64,000 nucleotides of DNA from an uncultured Holophagales bacterium. GTDB lineage: Bacteria > Acidobacteriota > Thermoanaerobaculia > Multivoradales > UBA5704. Below, in pieces: positions 62,281 through 64,000 of this stretch (positions are counted from its first letter, which is position 1; each line of letters begins with the position of its first letter). The notes beneath the pieces were generated by a model. That model made no database searches, was not told where the DNA came from, and worked only from the letters and a program-made list of their open reading frames with translations. The translations under genes were made by a program, and so were the position numbers. The stretch spans positions 608,001 through 672,000 of the forward strand of contig CAWJGT010000009.1 in assembly GCA_963842525.1 (NCBI GenBank), read 5' to 3'.

Positions 62281-64000
62281 ATGGATAGATTCCCGACCCC
62301 GCAAGATCAAGCGCGCCTCATCCAACGGAAGGACTTTTCCCGGATTTCCACTTCGCTGCCCATTCCCAACCTGATCGACGTCCAGCGGAGGTCCTACGAG
62401 CGCTTTCTGCAGATGAACCTGCTGCCCGAAGAGCGGGCCAACCAGGGTCTGCAGTCGGTCTTCACCAGCATCTTCCCGTTCTCCGACTTCCGGGAGACCT
62501 GCTCGCTCGACTTCGTCACGCTACTCGATCGGTGACTGGCAGTGCAAGTGCGGCGAGCTGAAGGGCCTCGAATACCTGCGCATGACGTGCACCAACTGCG
62601 GGTCCAAGATCATGACCGACCACCCGCACGAGGAGACGGTCACCTGCACCGAGTGCGGGTTCGTCAACAAGAACCGGGTCACCAAGTGCGACATCTGCGG
62701 CAACCCGGTCGACCTGCAGCTCAAGTACTCGATCTCCGACTGCCAGGAGCGGGGGATGACCTTCGCCGTCCCGTTGAAGGTCACCTTCCGGCTCTTCGTC
62801 TATGACCGCGATCCCGAGACCGGCGCGCGCATGATGCGCGACGCCAAGGAGGAGGAGGTCTACTTCGGCGACATCCCGCTGATGACGGACAACGGCACGT
62901 TCATCATCAACGGCACCGAGCGGGTGATCGTCTCGCAGCTCCACAGGAGCCCTGGCGTCTTCTTCACCAAGGAGGGGCCGCGCACCTACCTCTCGAAGAT
63001 CATCCCCTACCGGGGCTCCTGGGTGGAGTTCGAATACGACCAGAAGGACGTGCTCTCGGTGCGCATCGACCGCAAGCGCAAGTTCCACGGCACGGTCTTC
63101 CTGCGCGCCCTGGGCCTGGAGACGGACGAGGCGATCCTGCGCCAGTTCTACGCGCCGGTCGGCCTGTCGTCCAACGGCGGCGGCGAGTTCACCCTGCACG
63201 TGCCGCCCAGGGTCCTCGAGCCCGAGCGCCTGAAGGACCGCCAGAGCCGCGGCCGGCGCGAGGCCTACCCGATCTTTGCCGGCATCATCCTCACCAAGGA
63301 GCTGATCGGCAAGCTCGACACCGGCCAGACCCTGGGCTTCCAGGTCGGCGCCGAGGAGCTCGAGCGGGCCTTCTTCATCGGCGACGTCGTCGACCTCGAC
63401 ACCGGCGAGGTGATCTTCGAGGCCAACGAGCTGGTCCCCGAGGACATCGAGGAGCGCGTCGACGGCCGCAACCACACGCCGATCGAGGTCTTCTTCCCCG
63501 ACTGGGAGCTGACCGGGGCGACGCTGTCGAACACGCTGGCCAAGGACACGACGAAGAACTCCCGCGAGGCGCTCATCGAGATCTACCGCCGTATGCGCCC
63601 GGGTGACCCGCCGACCCTGGAGAGCGCCCGTTCGCTCTTCTACGGCATGTTCTTCGACGCCAAGCGCTACGACTTCTCGCGGGTCGGCCGCTTCAAGTTC
63701 AACATCAAGCTGGACACCGAGGTGCCGGTCGACCAGAAGACGCTGTCGGCGGACGACTTCTTCCGCGTCATCGAGTACCTGCTGCGCCTGCAGAAGGACG
63801 TCGGCCGGGTCGACGACATCGACAACCTGGGCAACCGGCGCGTGCGCGCGGTGGGCGAGCTGCTGGAGAACCAGTTCCGCATCGGCCTGGTGCGCATGGA
63901 GCGCGCGATCAAGGAGAAGATGTCCGTCCACCAGGACATCGACTCGGCGATGCCGCACGACCTGATCAACTCCAAGCCGGTCATCGCGGCGATCAAGGAG
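62281..64000 (+). CDS. rpoB: RNA polymerase beta subunit (partial; +1 frameshift near 62520)
   Basis: [15 protein letters not shown]; then [59 protein letters not shown]. Confidence 0.97.

Overview
High-GC bacterial chromosome segment, most likely Acidobacteriota (possibly Thermoanaerobaculia; inferred from the Cys-rich RpoB insertion, the FolD insertion and the style of the accessory genes). It is mostly housekeeping DNA: a tRNA-Met-tilS-hpt-ftsH operon, sod, rpmG with tRNAs, fmt-rsmB, HU, moaC-namZ, serA, ddl, purB, arcA-argF, ubiE-folD-coaE-rdgB, rplM-rpsI-rpsB-tsf-pyrH-frr, rlmB with tRNAs, and tuf-secE-nusG-rplKAJL-rpoB (partial). Accessory patches are two toxin-antitoxin loci, a secreted M12B-like protease, a MITE, a 21-bp tandem array, a TIR-STAND-TPR protein, a CHAT-protease/hypothetical/trypsin operon disrupted by IS66, and a 5.9-kb block splitting the Thr-Tyr-Gly-Thr-tuf tRNA cluster. 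The most notable observations are an Hpt homolog that has lost nearly all catalytic residues but is kept between tilS and ftsH, the lipoprotein CHAT plus trypsin module, the NLR-like TIR protein, and an in-frame palindromic insertion in tilS. Single-base frameshifts in many genes, including essential rpoB, are probably assembly errors.
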